Of a DNA stretch of 64,000 nt, positions 50,601-64,000 are shown piece after piece. The DNA comes from Eledone cirrhosa (Eukaryota): contig OZ024741.1 in NCBI GenBank assembly GCA_964016885.1, positions 278,628,001-278,692,000 on the forward strand. Direction: 5' to 3'. Every line of letters starts with the position of its first letter. The stretch's first letter is position 1. The position numbers were made by a program, and so were the translations under genes. The notes beneath the pieces were generated by a model. That model worked only from the letters and a program-made list of their open reading frames with translations. It was not told the DNA's origin and made no database searches.

Positions 50601-53600
50601 TGATGGCAGAGAACATGTGTTGGCTGGACTGTGACTGCATCACATGGACAGTGATGCTAGAGAACATGTGTTGGCTGGACTGTGACTGCATCACATGGAC
50701 AGTGATGGCAGAAGACATGTGTTGGCTGGACTGTGACTGCATCATATGGATATTGATGGCAGAGAACATGTGTTGGCTGGACTGTGACTGTATCACATGG
50801 ACAGTGATGGCAGAGAACATGTGTTGGCTGGACTGTGACTGCATTATATGGACAGTGATGGCAGAGAACATGTGTTGGCTGGACTGTGACTGCATCACAT
50901 GGACAGTGATGGCAGAGAACATGTGTTGGCTGGACTGTGACTGCATCACATGGACAGTGATGCTAGAGAACATGTGTTGGTTGGACTGTGACTGCATCAC
51001 ATGGACAGTCATGGCAGAGGACATGTGTTGGCTGGACTGTGACTGCATCACATGGACAGTGATGCTAGAGAACATGTGTTGGCTGGACTGTGACTGCATC
51101 ACATGGACAGTGATGGCAGAGGACATGTGTTGGCTGGACTGTGACTGCATCATATGGATATTGATGGCAGAGAACATGTGTTGGCTGGACTGTGACTGCA
51201 TCACATGGGCAGTGATGGCAGAAAACATGTGTTGGCTGGACTGTGACTGTATCACATGGACAGTGATGGCAGAGAACATGTGTTGGCTGGACTGTGACTG
51301 CATTATATGGACAGTGATGGCAGAGAACATGTGTTGGCTGGACTGTGACTGCATCACATGGACAGTGATGGCAGAGAACATGTGTTGGCTGGACTGTGAC
51401 TGCATCACATGGACAGTGATGGCAGAGGACATGTGTTGGCTGGACTGTGACTGCATCATATGGACAGTGATGGCAGAGAACATTTGTTGGCTGGACTGTG
51501 ACTGCATCACATGGACAGTGATGGCAGAGGACATGTATTGGCTGGACTATGACTGCATTATATGGACATTGATGGCAGAGAACATGTGTTGGCTGGACTT
51601 TGACTGTATCACATGGACAGTGATGGCAGAGAACATGTGTTGGCTGGACTGTGACGCCATCACATGGACAGTGATGGCAGAGGACATGTTTGGCAGGACT
51701 GTGACTGCATCACATGGACAGTGATGGCAGAGGACATGTGTTGGCTGGACTGTGACTGCATCATATGGACAGTGATGGCAGAGAACATTTGTTGGCTGGA
51801 CTGTGACTGCATCACACGGACAGTGATGGCAGAGGACATCTATTGGCTGGACAATGACTGCATTATATGGACAGTGATGGCAGAGAACATGTGTTGGCTG
51901 GACTGTGACTGCATTATATGGACAGTGATGGCAGAGAACATGTGTTGGCTGGACTGTGGCTGCATCACATGGACAGTGATGGCAGAGAACATGTGTTGGC
52001 AGGACTGCGACTGCATCACATGGACAGTGATGGCAGAGAACGTGTTGGCTGGACTGTGACTGTATCACATGGACAGTGATGGCCGAGAACATGTGTTGGC
52101 TGGACTTTGAATGCATCACATGGACAGTGATGGCAGAGAACATGTGTTGGCTGGACTGTGACTGCATCACATGGACAGTGATGCTAGAGAACATGTGTTG
52201 GTTGGACTGTGACTGCATCACATGGACAGTGATGGCAGAGGACATGTGTTGGCTGGACTGTGACTGCATCACATGGGCAGTGATGGCAGAGAACATGTGT
52301 TGGCTGGACTGTGACTACATCACATGGACAGTGATGGCAGAGAACATGTGTTGGCTGGACTGTGACTGCATCACATGGGCAGTGATGGCAGAGAACATGT
52401 GTTGGCTGGACTGTGACTACATCACATGGACAGTGATGGCAGAGAACATGTGTTGGTTGGACTGTGACTGTATCGCATGGACAGTGATGGCAGAGGACAT
52501 GTATTGGCTGGACTATGACTGCATTATATGGACAGTGATGGCAGAGAACATGTGTTGGCAGGACTGTGGCTGCATCACATGGACAGTGATGGCAGAGAAC
52601 ATGTGTTGGCTGGACTGTGGCTGCATCACATGGACAGTGATGGTAAAGAACATGTGTTGGCTGGACTGTGACTGCATCATATGGACAGTGATGCCAGAGA
52701 ACATGTGTTGGCTGGACTGTGGCTGCATTACATGGACAGTGACGGCAGAGAACATGTGTTGGCTGGACTGTGACTGCATCATATGGACAGTGATGGCAGA
52801 GAACATGTGTTGGCTGGACTGTGACTGCATTATATGGTCAGTGATGGCAGAGAACATGTGTTGGCTGGATTGTGGCTGCATCACAAGGACAGTGATGGCA
52901 GGGTACATGTGTTGGCTGGACTGTGGCTGCATCATATGTACAGTGATGGCAGATAACATGTGTTGGCTGGACTGTGACTGCATCACATGGACAGTGATGG
53001 CAGAGAACATGTGTTGGCTGGACTGTGACTGCATCACATGGACAGTGATGCCAGAGGACATGTATTGGCTGGACTATGACTGCATTATATGGACAGTGAT
53101 GGCAGAGAACATGTGTTGGCTGGACTCTGACTGCATCACATGGACAGTGATGCCAGAGGACATGTATTGGCTGGACTATGACTGCATTATATGGACAGTG
53201 ATGGCAGAGAACATGTGTTGACAGGACTGTGGCTGCATCACATGGACAGTGATGGCAGAGAACATGTGTTGGCTGGACTGTGACTGCATCATATGGACAG
53301 TGATGGCAGAGAACATTTGTTGGCTGGACTGTGACTGCATCACATAGACAGTGATGGCAGAGAACATGTGTTGGCTGGACTGTGACTGCATCATATGGAC
53401 AGTGATGGCAGAGAACATGTGTTGGCTGGACTGTGACTGCATCATATGGACAGTGATGGCAGAGAACATGTGTTGGCTGGACTGTGACTGCATCATATGG
53501 ACAGTGATGGCAGAGAACATTTGTTGGCTGGACTGTGACTGCATCACATAGACAGTGATGGCAGAGAACATGTGTTGGCTGGACTGTGACTGCATCATAT

Positions 53601-56600
53601 GGACAGTGATGGCAGAGAACATGTGTTGGCTGGACTGTGACTGCATCATATGGACAGTGATGGCAGACAACATGTGTTGGCTGGACTGTGACTGTATCAC
53701 ATGGACAGTGATGGCAGAGAACATGTGTTGGCTGGACTATGACTGCATCACATGGACAGTGATGGCAGAGAACATTTGTTGGCTGGACTGTGACTGCATC
53801 ACATAGACAGTGATGGCAGAGAACATGTGTTGGCTGGACTGTGACTGCATCATATGGACAGTGATGGCAGACAACATGTGTTGGCTGGACTGTGACTGTA
53901 TCACATGGACAGTGATGGCAGAGAACATGTGTTGGCTGGACTGTGGCTGCATCACAAGGACAGTGATGGCAGGGAACATGTGTTGGCTGGACTGTGGCTG
54001 CATCATATGGACAGTGATGGCAGAGAACATGTGTTGGCTGGACTGTGACTGCATCATATGGACAGTGATGGTAACGAACATGTGTTGGCTGGACTGTGAC
54101 TGCATCACATGGACAGTGATGGCAGAGAACATGTGTTGGCTGGACTGTGACTGCATAACATGGACAGTGATGGTAACGAACATGTGTTGGCTGCTGGACT
54201 GTGACTGCATCATATGGACAGTGATGGCAGAGAACATGTGTTGGCTGGACTGTGACTGCATCACATAGACAGTGATGGCACAGAACATGTGTTGGCTGGA
54301 CTGTGACTGCATCATATGGACAGTGATGGCAGAGAACATTTGTTGGCTGGACTGTGACTGCATCACATAGACAGTGATGGCAGAGAACATGTGTTGGCTG
54401 GACTGTGGCTGCATCACAAGGACAGTGATGGCAGGGAACATGTGTTGGCTGGACTGTGGCTGCATCATATGGACAGTGATGGCAGAGAACATGTGTTGGC
54501 TGGACTGTGACTGCATCACATGGACAGTGATGGCAGAGAACATGTGTTGGCTGGACTGTGACTGTATCACATGGACAGTGATGGCAGAGAACATGTGTTG
54601 GCTGGACTGTGGCTGCATCACAAGGACAGTGATGGCAGGGAACATGTGTTGGCTGGACTGTGGCTGCATCATATGGACAGTGATGGCAGAGAACATGTGT
54701 TGGCTGGACTGTGACTGCATCACATGGACAGTGATGGCAGAGAACATGTGTTGGCTGGACTGTGACTGCATCACATGGACAGTGATGGCAGAGAAAATGT
54801 GTTGGCTGGACTGTGGCTGTATCACATGGACAGTGATGTCAGAGGACATGTGTTAGCTGGACTGTGACTGTATCACATGGACAGTGAAGGCAGAGAACAT
54901 GTGTTGGCTGGACTGTGACTGCATCACATGGACAGTGATGGCAGAGAACATGTGTTGGCTGGACTGTGACTGTATCACATGGACAGTGATGGCAGAGAAC
55001 ATGTGTTGGCTGGACTGTGACTGCATCACATGGACAGTGATGGCAGAGAACATGTGTTGGCTGGACTGTGACTGTATCACATGGACAGTGATGGCAGAGG
55101 ACATGTGTTGTCTGGACTGTGACTGTATCACATGGACAGTGAAGGCAGAGAACATGTGTTGGCTGGACTGTGACTGCATCACATGGACAGTGATGGCAGA
55201 GAACATGTTGTTGGCTGGACTGTGACTGTATCACATGGACAGTGATGGCAGAGAACATGTGTTGGCTGGACTGTGACTGCATCACATGGACAGTGATGGC
55301 AGAGGACATGTGTTGGCTGGACTGTGGCTGCATCATATGGACAGTGATGGTAGTGAACATGTGTTGGCTGGACTGTGACTGTATCACATGGACAGTGATG
55401 GCAGAGAACATGTGTTGGCTGGACTGTGACTGCATCATATGGACAGTGATGGCAGAGAACATGTGTTGGCTGGACTGTGACTGCATCACATGGACAGTGA
55501 TGGCAGAGAACATGTGTTGGCTGGACTGTGACTGCATCATATGGACAGTGATGGCAGAGATCATGTGTTGGCTGGACTGTGACTGCATCACATAGACAGT
55601 GATGGCAGAGAACATGTGTTGGCTAGACTGTGACTGCATCACATGGACAGTGATGGCACAGAACATGTGTTGGCTGGACTGTGACTGCATCATATGGACA
55701 GTGATGGCAGAGATCATGTGTTGGCTGGACTGTGACTGCATCACATGGTCAGTGATGGCAGAGAACATGTGTTGGCTAGACTGTGGCTGCATCACATGGT
55801 CAGTGATGGCAGAGAACATGTGCTGGCTGGACTGTGACTGCATCATATGGACAGTGATGGCAGAGAACATGTGTTGGCTGGACTGTGACTGCATCATATG
55901 GACAGTGATGGCAGAGAACATGTGTTGGCTGGACTGTGGCTGCATCATATGGACAGTGATGGCAGAGAACATGTGTTGGCTGGACTGTGACTGCATCATA
56001 TGGACAGTGATGGCAGAGAACATGTGTTGGCTGGACTGTGACTGCATCACATAGACAGTGATGGCAGAGAACATGTGTTGGCTGGACTGTGACTGCATCA
56101 TATGGACAGTGATGGCAGACAACATGTGTTGGCTGGACTGTGACTGTATCACATGGACAGTGATGGCAGAGAACATGTGTTGGCTGGACTGTGGCTGCAT
56201 CACAAGGACAGTGATGGCAGGGAACATGTGTTGGCTGGACTGTGGCTGCATCATATGGACAGTGATGGCAGAGAACATGTGTTGGCTGGACTGTGACTGC
56301 ATAACATGGACAGTGAAGGCAGAGTATATGTGTTGGCTGGACTGTGGCTGCATCATATCGACACTGATGGCAGAGAACATGTGTTGGCTGGACTGTGGCT
56401 GCATCATATGGACAGTGATGGCAGAGAACATGTGTTGGCTGGACTGTGACTGCATCACATGGACAGTGATGGCAGAGAACATGTGTTGGCTGGACTGTGA
56501 CTGCATCACATGGACAGTGATGGCAGAGAAAATGTGTTGGCTGGACTGTGGCTGTATCACATGGACAGTGATGTCAGAGGACATGTGTTAGCTGGACTGT

Positions 56601-59600
56601 GACTGTATCACATGGACAGTGAAGGCAGAGAACATGTGTTGGCTGGACTGTGACTGCATCACATGGACAGTGATGGCAGAGAACATGTGTTGGCTGGACT
56701 GTGACTGTATCACATGGACAGTGATGGCAGAGAACATGTGTTGGCTGGACTGTGACTGCATCACATGGACAGTGATGGCAGAGAACATGTGTTGGCTGGA
56801 CTGTGACTGCATCATATGGACAGTGATGGCAGAGAACATGTGTTGGCTGGACTGTGACTGTATCACATGGACAGTGATGGCAGAGGACATGTATTGGCTG
56901 GACTGTGACTGTATCACATGGACAGTGAAGGCAGAGAACATGTGTTGGCTGGCCTGTGACTGCATCACATGGACAGTGATGGCAGAGAACATGTTGTTGG
57001 CTGGACTGTGACTGTATCACATGGACAGTGACGGCAGAGAACATGTGTTGGCTGGACTGTGACTGCATCACATGGACAGTGATGGCAGAGGACATGTGTT
57101 GGCTGGACTGTGGCTGCATCATATGGACAGTGATGGTAGAGAACATGTGTTGGCTGGACTGTGACTGTATCACATGGACAGTGATGGCAGAGAACATGTG
57201 TTGGCTGGACTGTGACTGCATCATATGGACAGTGATGGCAGAGAACATGTGTTGGCTGGACTGTGACTGCATCACATGGACAGTGATGGCAGAGAACATG
57301 TGTTGGCTGGACTGTGACTGCATCACATGGACAGTGATGGCACAGAACATGTGCTGGCTGGACTGTGACTGCATCATATGGACAGTGATGGCAGAGAACA
57401 TGTGTTGGCTGGACTGTGACTGCATCACATGGTCAGTGATGGCAGAGAACATGTGTTGGCTAGACTGTGGCTGCATCACATGGTCAGTGATGGCAGAGAA
57501 CATGTGCTGGCTGGATTGTGACTGCATCATATGGACAGTGATGGCAGAGAACATGTGTTGGCTGGACTGTGACTGCATCAGATGGACAGTGATGGCAGAG
57601 AACATGTGTTGGCTGGACTGTGGCTGCATCATATGGACAGTGATGGCAGAGAACATGTGTTGGCTGGACTGTGACTGCATCATATGGACAGTGATGGCAG
57701 AGAACATGTGTTGGCTGGACTGTGACTGCATCATATGGACAGTGATGGCAGAGAACAAGTGTTGGCTGGACTGTGGCTGCATCATATGGGCAGTGATGGC
57801 AGAGAACAAGTGTTGGCTGGACTGTGGCTGCATCATATGGGCAGTGATGGCAGAGAACATGTGTTGGCTAGACTGTGGCTGTATCACATGGACAGTGATG
57901 GCAGAGGACATGTGTTGGCTAGACTGTGACTGTATCACATGGACAGTGAAGGCAGAGAACATGTGTTGGCTGGACTGTCACTGTATCACATGGTCAGTGA
58001 TGGCAGAGAACATGTGTTGGATAGACTGTGGCTGCATCACATGGTCAGTGATGGCAGAGAACATGTGTTGGCTGGACTGTGACTGCATCATATGGACAGT
58101 GATGGCAGAGAACATGTGTTGGCTGGACTGTGACTGCATCATATGGACAGTGATGGCAGAGAACATGTGTTGGCTGGACTGTGACTGCATCATATGGACA
58201 GTGATGGAAGAGAACATGTGTTGGCTGGACTGTGACTGCATCATATGGACAGTGATGGCAGAGAACATGTGTTGGCTGGACTGTGACTGCATCATATGGA
58301 CAGTGATGGAAGAGAACATGTGTTGGCTGGACTGTGACTGCAACACATGGACAGTGATGGCAGAGAACATGTGTTGGCTGGACTGTAACTGCATCATATG
58401 GACAGTGATGGCAGAGAACATGTGTTGGCTGGACTGTGGCTGCATCACATCGACAGTGATGGCAGAGGACATGTGTTGGCTGGACTGTGACTGCATCACA
58501 TGGACAGTGATGGCAGAGAACATGTGTTGGCTGGACTGTGGCGGCATCATATGGACAGTGATGGCAGAGAACATGTGTTGGCTGGACTGTGACTGCATCA
58601 CATGGACAGTGATGGCAGAGAACATGTGTTGGCTGGACTGTGACTGCATCACATGGACAGTGATGGCAGAGAACATGTGTTGGCTAGACTGTGACTGCAT
58701 CACATGGACAGTGATGGCAGAGAACATGTGTTGGCTGGACTGTAACTGCATCATATGGACAGTGATGGCAGAGAACATGTGTTGGCTGGACTGTGACTGC
58801 ATCACATGGACAGTGATTGCAGAGAACATGTGTTGGCTGGACTGTGACTGTATCACATGGTCAGTGATGGCAGAGAACATGTGTTGGCTTGACTGTGACT
58901 GCATCATATGGACAGTGATGGCAGAGAACATGTGTTGGTTGGACTGTGACTGGATCATATGGACAGTGATTGCAGAGAACATGTGTTGGCTAGACTGTGG
59001 CTGCATCACATGGTCAGTGATGGCAGAGAACATGTCTTGGCTAGACTGTGGCTGCATCACATGGTCAGTGATGGCAGAGAACATGTGTTGGCTAGACTGT
59101 GGCTGCATCACATGGTCAGTGATGGCAGAGAACATGTGTCGGCTGGACTGTGACTGCATCACATGGACAGTGATGGCAGAGAACATGTGCTGGCTGGACT
59201 GTGACTGCATCACATGGACAGTGATGGCAGAGAACATGTGTTGGCTGGACTGTGACTGCATCATATGGACAGTGATGGCAGAGAACATGTGTTGGCTGGA
59301 CTGTGGCGGCATCATATGGACAGTGCTGGCAGAGAACATGTGTTGGCTGGACTGTGACTGCATCATATGGACAGTGATGGCAGAGAACATGTGTTGGCTG
59401 GACTGTGACTGCATGACATGGTCAGTGATGGCAGAGAATATGTGTTGGCTAGACTGTGGCTGCATCACATGGTCAGTGATGGCAGAGAACATGTGCTGGC
59501 TGGACTGTGACTGCATCATATGGACAGTGATGGCAGAGAACATGTGTTGGCTGGACTGTGACTGCATCATATGGACAGTGATGGCAGAGAACATGTGTTG

Positions 59601-62600
59601 GCTGGACTGTGACTGCATCACATGGACAGTGATGGCAGAGAACATGTGTTGGCTGGACTGTGACTGCATCATATGGACAGTGATGGCAGAGAACATGTGT
59701 TGGCTGGACTGTGACTGCATCATATGGACAGTGATGGCAGAGAACATGTGTTGGCTGGACTGTGGCTGCATCATATGGACACTGATGGCAGAGAACATGT
59801 GTTGGCTGGACTGTGACTGCATCATATGGACAGTGATGGCAGAGAACATGTGTTGGCTGGACTGTGACTGTATAACATGGATAGTGATGGCAGAGAACAT
59901 GTGTTGGCTGGACTGTGACTGCATCATATGGACAGTGATGGCAGGGAACATGTGTTGGCTGGACTGTGACTGCATCATATGGACAGTGATGGCAGAGAAC
60001 ATGTGTTGGCTGGACTGTAACTGCATCACATGGACAGTGATGGCAGAGAACATGTGTTGGCTGGACTGTGGCTGTATCACATGGACAGTGATGGCAGAGG
60101 ACATGTGTTGGCTGGACTGTGACTGTATCACATGGATAGTGAAGGCAGAGAACATGTGTTGGCTGGACTGTGACTGCATCACATGGTCAGTGATGGCAGA
60201 GAACATGTGTTGGCTAGACTGTGGCTGCATCACATGGTCAGTGATGGCAGAGAACATGTGTTGGCTGGACTGTGACTGCATCATATGGACAGTGATGGCA
60301 GAGAACATGTGTTGGCTGGACTGTGACTGCATCATATGGACAGTGATGGCAGAGAACATGTGTTGGCTGGACTGTGACTGCAACACATGGACAGTGATGG
60401 CAGAGAACATGTGTTGGCTGGACTGTAACTGCATCATATGGACAGTGATGGCAGAGAACATGTGTTGGCTGGACTGTGGCTGCATCACATGGACAGTGAT
60501 GGCAGAGGACATGTGTTGGCTGGACTGTGACTGCATCACATGGACAGTGATGGCAGAGAACATGTGTTGGCTGGACTGTGACTGCATCATATGGACAGTG
60601 ATGGCAGAGAACATGTGTTGGCTGGACTGTGACTGCATCATATGGATAGTGATGGCAGAGAACATGTGTTGGCTGGACTGTGACTGCATCACATGGTCAG
60701 TGATGGCAGAGAACATGTGTTGGCTAGACTGTGGCTGCATCACATGGTCAGTGATGGCAGAGAACATGTGTTGGCTGGACTGTGACTGCATCATATGGAT
60801 AGTGATGGCAGAGAACATGTGTTGGCTGGACTGTGACTGCATCACATGGTCAGTGATGGCAGAGAACATGTGTTGGCTAGACTGTGGCTGCATCACATGG
60901 TCAGTGATGGCAGAGAACATGTGTTGGCTGGACTGTGACTGCATCATATGGACAGTGATGGCAGAGAACATGTGTTGGCTGGACTGTGACTGCATCATAT
61001 GGACAGTGATGGGAGAGAACATGTGTTGGCTGGACTGTGGCGGCATCATATGGACAGTGATGGCAGAGAACATGTGTTGGCTGGACTGTGACTGCATCAT
61101 ATGGACAGTGATGGCAGAGAACATGTGTTGGCTGGACTGTGACTGCATCATATGGACAGTGATGGCAGAGAATATGTGTTGGCTGGACTGTGACTGCATC
61201 ACATGGTCAGTGATGGCAGAGAATATGTGTTGGCTAGACTGTGGCTGCATCACATGGTCAGTGATGGCAGAGAACATGTGCTGGCTGGACTGTGACTGCA
61301 TCATATGGACAGTGATGGCAGAGAACATGTGTTGGCTGGACCGTGACTGCATCATATGGACAGTGATGCCAGAGAACATGTGTTGGCTGGACTGTGACTG
61401 CATCACATGGACAGTGATGGCAGAGAACATGTGTTGGCTGGACTGTGGCTGCATCACATGGACAGTGATGGCAGAGAACATGTGTTGGCTGGACTGTGAC
61501 TGCATCACATGGACAGTGATGGCAGAGAACATGTGTTGGCTGGACTGTGGCGGCATCATATGGACAGTGCTGGCAGAGAACATGTGTTGGCTGGACTGTG
61601 ACTGCATCATATGGACAGTGATGGCAGAGAACATGTGTTGGCTGGACTGTGACTGCATGACATGGTCAGTGATGGCAGAGAATATGTGTTGGCTAGACTG
61701 TGGCTGCATCACATGGTCAGTGATGGCAGAGAACATGTGCTGGCTGGACTGTGACTGCATCATATGGACAGTGATGGCAGAGAACATGTGTTGGCTGGAC
61801 TGTGACTGCATCATATGGACAGTGATGGCAGAGAACATGTGTTGGCTGGACTGTGACTGCATCACATGGACAGTGATGGCAGAGAACATGTGTTGGCTGG
61901 ACTGTGACTGCATCATATGGACAGTGATGGCAGAGAACATGTGTTGGCTGGACTGTGACTGCATCATATGGACAGTGATGGCAGAGAACATGTGTTGGCT
62001 GGACTGTGGCTGCATCATATGGACACTGATGGCAGAGAACATGTGTTGGCTGGACTGTGACTGCATCATATGGACAGTGATGGCAGAGAACATGTGTTGG
62101 CTGGACTGTGACTGTATAACATGGATAGTGATGGCAGAGAACATGTGTTGGCTGGACTGTGACTGCATCATATGGACAGTGATGGCAGGGAACATGTGTT
62201 GGCTGGACTGTGACTGCATCATATGGACAGTGATGGCAGAGAACATGTGTTGGCTGGACTGTAACTGCATCACATGGACAGTGATGGCAGAGAACATGTG
62301 TTGGCTGGACTGTGGCTGTATCACATGGACAGTGATGGCAGAGGACATGTGTTGGCTGGACTGTGACTGTATCACATGGATAGTGAAGGCAGAGAACATG
62401 TGTTGGCTGGACTGTGACTGCATCACATGGTCAGTGATGGCAGAGAACATGTGTTGGCTAGACTGTGGCTGCATCACATGGTCAGTGATGGCAGAGAACA
62501 TGTGTTGGCTGGACTGTGACTGCATCATATGGACAGTGATGGCAGAGAACATGTGTTGGCTGGACTGTGACTGCATCATATGGACAGTGATGGCAGAGAA

Positions 62601-64000
62601 CATGTGTTGGCTGGACTGTGACTGCAACACATGGACAGTGATGGCAGAGAACATGTGTTGGCTGGACTGTAACTGCATCATATGGACAGTGATGGCAGAG
62701 AACATGTGTTGGCTGGACTGTGGCTGCATCACATGGACAGTGATGGCAGAGGACATGTGTTGGCTGGACTGTGACTGCATCACATGGACAGTGATGGCAG
62801 AGAACATGTGTTGGCTGGACTGTGACTGCATCATATGGACAGTGATGGCAGAGAACATGTGTTGGCTGGACTGTGACTGCATCATATGGATAGTGATGGC
62901 AGAGAACATGTGTTGGCTGGACTGTGACTGCATCACATGGTCAGTGATGGCAGAGAACATGTGTTGGCTAGACTGTGGCTGCATCACATGGTCAGTGATG
63001 GCAGAGAACATGTGTTGGCTGGACTGTGACTGCATCATATGGACAGTGATGGCAGAGAACATGTGTTGGCTGGACTGTGACTGCATCATATGGACAGTGA
63101 TGGGAGAGAACATGTGTTGGCTGGACTGTGGCGGCATCATATGGACAGTGATGGCAGAGAACATGTGTTGGCTGGACTGTGACTGCATCATATGGACAGT
63201 GATGGCAGAGAACATGTGTTGGCTGGACTGTGACTGCATCATATGGACAGTGATGGCAGAGAATATGTGTTGGCTGGACTGTGACTGCATCACATGGTCA
63301 GTGATGGCAGAGAATATGTGTTGGCTAGACTGTGGCTGCATCACATGGTCAGTGATGGCAGAGAACATGTGCTGGCTGGACTGTGACTGCATCATATGGA
63401 CAGTGATGGCAGAGAACATGTGTTGGCTGGACCGTGACTGCATCATATGGACAGTGATGCCAGAGAACATGTGTTGGCTGGACTGTGACTGCATCACATG
63501 GACAGTGATGGCAGAGAACATGTGTTGGCTGGACTGTGGCTGCATCACATGGACAGTGATGGCAGAGAACATGTGTTGGCTGGACTGTGACTGCATCATA
63601 TGGACAGTGATGGCAGAGAACATGTGTTGGCTGGACTGTGACTGCATCATATGGACAGTGATGGCAGAGAACATGTGTTGGCTCGACTGTGACTGCATCA
63701 TATGGACAGTGATGGCTGAGAACATGTGTTGGCTGGACTGTGGCTGCATCATATGGACAGTGATGGCAGAGAACATGTGTTGGCTGGACTGTGACTGCAT
63801 CATATGGACAGTGATGGCAGAGAACATGTGTTGGCTGGACTGTGACTGTATCACATGGATAGTGATGGCAGAGAACATGTGTTGGCTGGACTGTGACTGC
63901 ATCACATGGACAGTGATGGCAGAGAACATGTGTTGGCTGGACTGTGACTGCATCACATGGACAGTGATGGCAGAGAACATGTGTTGGCTGGACTGTGACT
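38663..64000. repeat. 51-bp tandem minisatellite/satellite array, ~497 units, running off the window end
   Basis: Consensus TGGACTGTGACTGCATCACATGGACAGTGATGGCAGAGAACATGTGTTGGC repeated head-to-tail with recurrent variant positions and occasional 1-3 bp indels. Confidence 0.98.

Noticed and set aside
38621-57011. Giant Cys/Trp/Met-rich ORFs as metallothionein-, reflectin- or zinc-finger-like genes
   Set aside because: They follow from a 51-bp (3n) unit, are broken by propagated frameshifts and stops, and lack reflectin or C2H2 motifs. Not annotated as CDS.
38663-64000. CRISPR-like array
   Set aside because: Units are contiguous with no unique spacers, there are no cas genes, and the context is eukaryotic.

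Overview
AT-rich animal genomic DNA, most likely octopus/coleoid cephalopod (inferred from the SINE families and dense (TA)n/(CA)n tracts, not proven). Bases 1-38.6 kb hold the last seven coding exons of an axonemal dynein heavy chain on the + strand, best matching DNAH6 (stop codon 37147-37149). One intron uses a GC donor, and one 22.6-kb intron is packed with mobile DNA. Mobile DNA in the window: a CR1/L2-type LINE fragment, a near full-length RTE LINE, a near full-length L1/Tx1 LINE, two Helitron-type elements, a hAT MITE with target-site duplication, a TA-flanked MITE, and many tRNA-derived SINEs of at least two families. There is also a near-perfect ~860-bp fold-back palindrome. From ~38663 to the window end is a >25-kb tandem array of a 51-bp unit with higher-order duplications; it produces the giant repetitive ORFs, which are most likely non-coding. 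I found no CRISPR, rRNA or intact tRNA, and no clearly novel gene system. The best leads are the fold-back, the satellite architecture, and a SINE that shares its 3' tail with the resident RTE LINE.
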